The translations under genes were made by a program, and so were the position numbers. From an uncultured Acidimicrobiaceae bacterium (GTDB taxonomy: Bacteria > Actinomycetota > Acidimicrobiia > Acidimicrobiales > Bog-793): DNA of 64,000 nt. The notes beneath the pieces are model-generated. The model worked only from the letters and a program-made list of their open reading frames with translations. It made no database searches and was not told the DNA's origin. Every line of letters starts with the position of its first letter. The stretch's first letter is position 1. The DNA is taken from positions 85,580 through 149,579 of the forward strand of contig CAWDRQ010000046.1 in NCBI GenBank assembly GCA_963804765.1, given 5' to 3'. Below, piece after piece: positions 61,526-64,000 of the stretch.

Positions 61526-63252
61526 GCGGCCTCCTCACCGAGCTGGGATGTGACAATCTCCCTGTACTCGGGGCAAGTCGAGAGAAGCTCCTCGTGTTTG
61601 CCGATCCCCACGACCCGCCCGTCGTCCAGCACGATGATGCGGTCCGCGTGCAGGATCGTGCTCACACGCTGCGCCACGATCAGCACGGTCGAGTCCTTGG
61701 TCTCCGATCGCAGGGCGCCGCGGAGTTTCGCGTCGGTGGCCGCATCCAGCGCAGAGAAGCAATCGTCGAACAGGTAGATGGCCGGCCTCTTCACGAGCGC
61801 CCGTGCGATGGACAGCCGCTGGCGCTGGCCGCCGGACACGTTCGTGCCACCCTGGGTGATCTGTGCCTCCAGCCCACCCGGCATTGCGGAGACGAACTCG
61901 CTCGCCTGGGCGACCGCGAGCGCCTGCCACAGCTCCTCGTCGGTCGCGTCGGGCCGGCCAAAGTGGAGGTTCTCCGCGACTGTGCCGCTGAACAGGTATG
62001 CCTGCTGCGGCACCATGCCTATCTTCGCCCAGAGGGCGCTACGCGCTTGGTCTCCTACGTCGACCCCATCGACGAGCACCGTGCCGCTCGTGACGTCGAA
62101 CAAGCGCGGGATGAGGTTGAGCAGCGTGGTCTTGCCCGAGCCCGTGCCACCGATGATCGCTGTCGTCTCGCCTGGTAGAAGCGAGAACGAGAGGCCGTGC
62201 AAAACGGGTTCCTCGCCCCCGGGGTAGCCGAAGACGACATCTCGCAGCTCCACGAGTCCCGCCGAGGACAGGGGGATGACGACTTCAGGCGGATCCTGGA
62301 CCGAAGGCTCAGCGCGCAGCACCTCCTCGATCCGATCGGCGCTGGCGACGGCTCGCGGCAGGAGGATCACCATCATCACGGCGATCATCACCGACATGAG
62401 GATCTGCAAGATGTAGCTGAGGAAAGCCGTCAGGTTCCCGATCGGCATGCTTCCGCTCGCGATCAGGTGGCCTCCGAACCAGAGCACGGCGACGCACGAC
62501 AGATTCATCACACCCATGACGGTCGGCAACGCCACCGCGAACATGCGATTCACCCGGAGTCCTGTGTTGGTCAGTGCCTCATTCGCGTCAGCGAACCGTT
62601 GCTGTTCCTGGCCGGTGCGGATGAACGCCCTGATCACCCGCACGCCGGTGATCTGCTCGCGAAGCACGAGGTTGACCCGGTCGATCCTGGACTGCATCGA
62701 CTTGAACAGAGGGACAGCCTTCACCATCAGGATCGAGATGACGACGAGCATCACCGGAACGACGACCACTAGGAGCGCCGACAGCCTCACGTCCTCTTTC
62801 AGCGCCATGATCACACCGCCGACGCACATGATCGGCGCCAGCACCATGATCGTGAGAGCCATCTGCAAGAACAGCTGGATCTGCTGGACGTCGTTGGTAT
62901 TGCGAGTGATGAGCGAGGGCGTCCCGAAATGGTTGATCTCCTGTGCCGAGAAGCGCTGCACCGACCTGAAGACGGCGCCCCGGATGTCCCGGCCTATGCC
63001 CATCGAGACCTTGGAGGCGAAGTACACAGCGACGATGGACATAGCTCCCACTACGAGCGTGATGCCGAGCATCCACGCCCCCGTCGTCCAGATGTAATGG
63101 ATGTCGCCCTTCTCGATACCGTTGTTGATGATGTCGGCAGTGAGATTCGGCAAATAGAGGTTCGCGACTGCTTGCACTACTAGCAGCGCGACGACCAGAC
63201 ATACCTGGCGGGTGTAGCGGCCGACATAGCGGCGCACAAGGCTTGTCAGCAC
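61522..63252 (-). CDS. ABC exporter, fused permease/ATPase (half-transporter 1; Walker B lacks the catalytic Glu)
   Basis: Walker A GGTGSGKTT, signature NVSGGQRQR, Walker B IYLFDDCFSALD (Asp in place of the catalytic Glu). 4-nt overlap with the downstream partner. Confidence 0.9.
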   Translation of the reverse strand: MLTSLVRRYVGRYTRQVCLVVALLVVQAVANLYLPNLTADIINNGIEKGDIHYIWTTGAWMLGITLVVGAMSIVAVYFASKVSMGIGRDIRGAVFRSVQRFSAQEINHFGTPSLITRNTNDVQQIQLFLQMALTIMVLAPIMCVGGVIMALKEDVRLSALLVVVVPVMLVVISILMVKAVPLFKSMQSRIDRVNLVLREQITGVRVIRAFIRTGQEQQRFADANEALTNTGLRVNRMFAVALPTVMGVMNLSCVAVLWFGGHLIASGSMPIGNLTAFLSYILQILMSVMIAVMMVILLPRAVASADRIEEVLRAEPSVQDPPEVVIPLSSAGLVELRDVVFGYPGGEEPVLHGLSFSLLPGETTAIIGGTGSGKTTLLNLIPRLFDVTSGTVLVDGVDVGDQARSALWAKIGMVPQQAYLFSGTVAENLHFGRPDATDEELWQALAVAQASEFVSAMPGGLEAQITQGGTNVSGGQRQRLSIARALVKRPAIYLFDDCFSALDAATDAKLRGALRSETKDSTVLIVAQRVSTILHADRIIVLDDGRVVGIGKHEELLSTCPEYREIVTSQLGEEAA

Positions 63253-63348
63253 CGGTCGGCTTCCCCTGGCCGCGGCTGGGCGACTGGCGGCGTTTGGCTC
63301 AGGACTCGCCTGCCTCGCGTCGGTACGGCCGCCACGACGATGACAAGG

Positions 63349-63861
63349 TCAGCCGCCACGGGCGTCTTCCAGGTCACGCTCCAATGAGGCCGCGAACCGT
63401 TCGAGCATCGACGCGAAAGCCGCGAGGTCCAATTCGTCCCAGCCCTCGAGCAGCCGGTCGAACCAAACCCGTCGGGCCTTCAGGACGCGCTCGAGTGTGC
63501 GCCGCCCGTTCGCCGTCAGCCCGATCCGGGTCGCACGGTGGTCTTCGACATCGGCGTGACGGGCCACCAACCCCTGTCGCTCCAGCTGCTGGATCTTGCG
63601 CGTGACCGTCGGCGCGTCTACGCCGAGCAAGTCGGCCAGACCCGTCACCCGAACCGATTCCCCGTGCGCGTGGAGCATGTAGAGCAGGGCTCCCCCGGCG
63701 CGGTCGATCCGGACGCCTGCCGCCTGGAGAAGGCGCTCGTGCACGCGGACCTGCCCCATCGAACGCCCGACGATCCAGAACGCCTCCCGGATCTCTTTCA
63801 CGGACTCCTTTGCCGTCTTCTGCCGGCTCTCTTCGAAGCCCACATTAGTTACTTGCGGCAT
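63349..63861 (-). CDS. MarR family transcriptional regulator
   Basis: 170 aa. Winged-HTH pattern ...LADLLGVDAPTVTRKIQQLERQGLVARHADVEDHRATRIGLTANG. Upstream of the ABC pair on the same strand. Confidence 0.88.
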   Translation of the reverse strand: MPQVTNVGFEESRQKTAKESVKEIREAFWIVGRSMGQVRVHERLLQAAGVRIDRAGGALLYMLHAHGESVRVTGLADLLGVDAPTVTRKIQQLERQGLVARHADVEDHRATRIGLTANGRRTLERVLKARRVWFDRLLEGWDELDLAAFASMLERFAASLERDLEDARGG

Positions 63862-63865
63862 GTAA
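63849..63865. promoter_or_regulatory. imperfect palindrome TTACTTGC-G-GCATGTAA spanning the marR start codon; candidate MarR auto-operator
   Basis: Read directly. Seven of eight positions are symmetric and the ATG (63859-63861, minus strand) lies inside it. A second inverted repeat, GTGCC-GTAA-GGCAC, lies at 63877-63890. Confidence 0.3.
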
Positions 63866-64000
63866 ATACCTTAGCTGTGCCGTAAGGCACGCGCCAGCCG
63901 GCCTCGCTGAAGAGCAGTGGACTGCCTGATCTCAGGTTGCCGTCGGATTGCCCGGCGATGTGCCGTAGTCGAGCAGTGTGCGAGTCCTAACGTCGCTCGC

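Overview
This is a high-GC, densely coding actinobacterial chromosome segment. The lineage markers are mycothiol ligase MshC, the F420 genes FbiC and NpdG, and the PIM genes PgsA1-PatA-PimA. I saw no rRNA, tRNA, CRISPR array, transposase or integrase.

Left part: a tightly packed gnd-zwf-pgl-fbiC-LOG operon, a PAS-GAF-GGDEF-EAL protein, and gltBD.

Centre (minus strand, about 17.8-39.9 kb): the conserved actinobacterial backbone thrS-HIT-pgsA1-patA-pimA ... yebC-ruvCAB-yajC-secDF, in the same order as M. tuberculosis Rv2614c to Rv2586c. Two insertions interrupt it:
- Between HIT and pgsA1: an EF-G-like GTPase, a DinB/mycothiol-type enzyme and a small PH-like protein.
- Between patA and pimA: a roughly 3.7-kb module. 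It encodes a multi-PAS LuxR-type regulator, two paralogous secreted FN3/Ig-like proteins sharing an N-terminal motif, and a small divergent ORF. It also carries two copies of a composite palindromic site, GTACGGA-N8/9-CAGTACNGTACTG. This is my best candidate for an undescribed system.

Right part: mshC, npdG, an MFS transporter, an M50-CBS protease, a PAS-GGDEF cyclase, typA and pfk. These are followed by a roughly 9-kb envelope-glycan cluster. It consists of two divergent GT2/GT-C gene pairs flanking a GT2-GT4 fusion, an FkbM methyltransferase with a coiled-coil tail, and a stand-alone coiled-coil protein. After it come DUF998, a heterodimeric ABC exporter with one degenerate ATP site, and MarR.

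Caveat: at least six conserved genes, and probably a seventh, are split by net +1 or -1 frameshifts. Either the assembly is indel-prone or there is real gene decay. All calls rest on reading the ORF translations and the DNA by eye; no searches were run.
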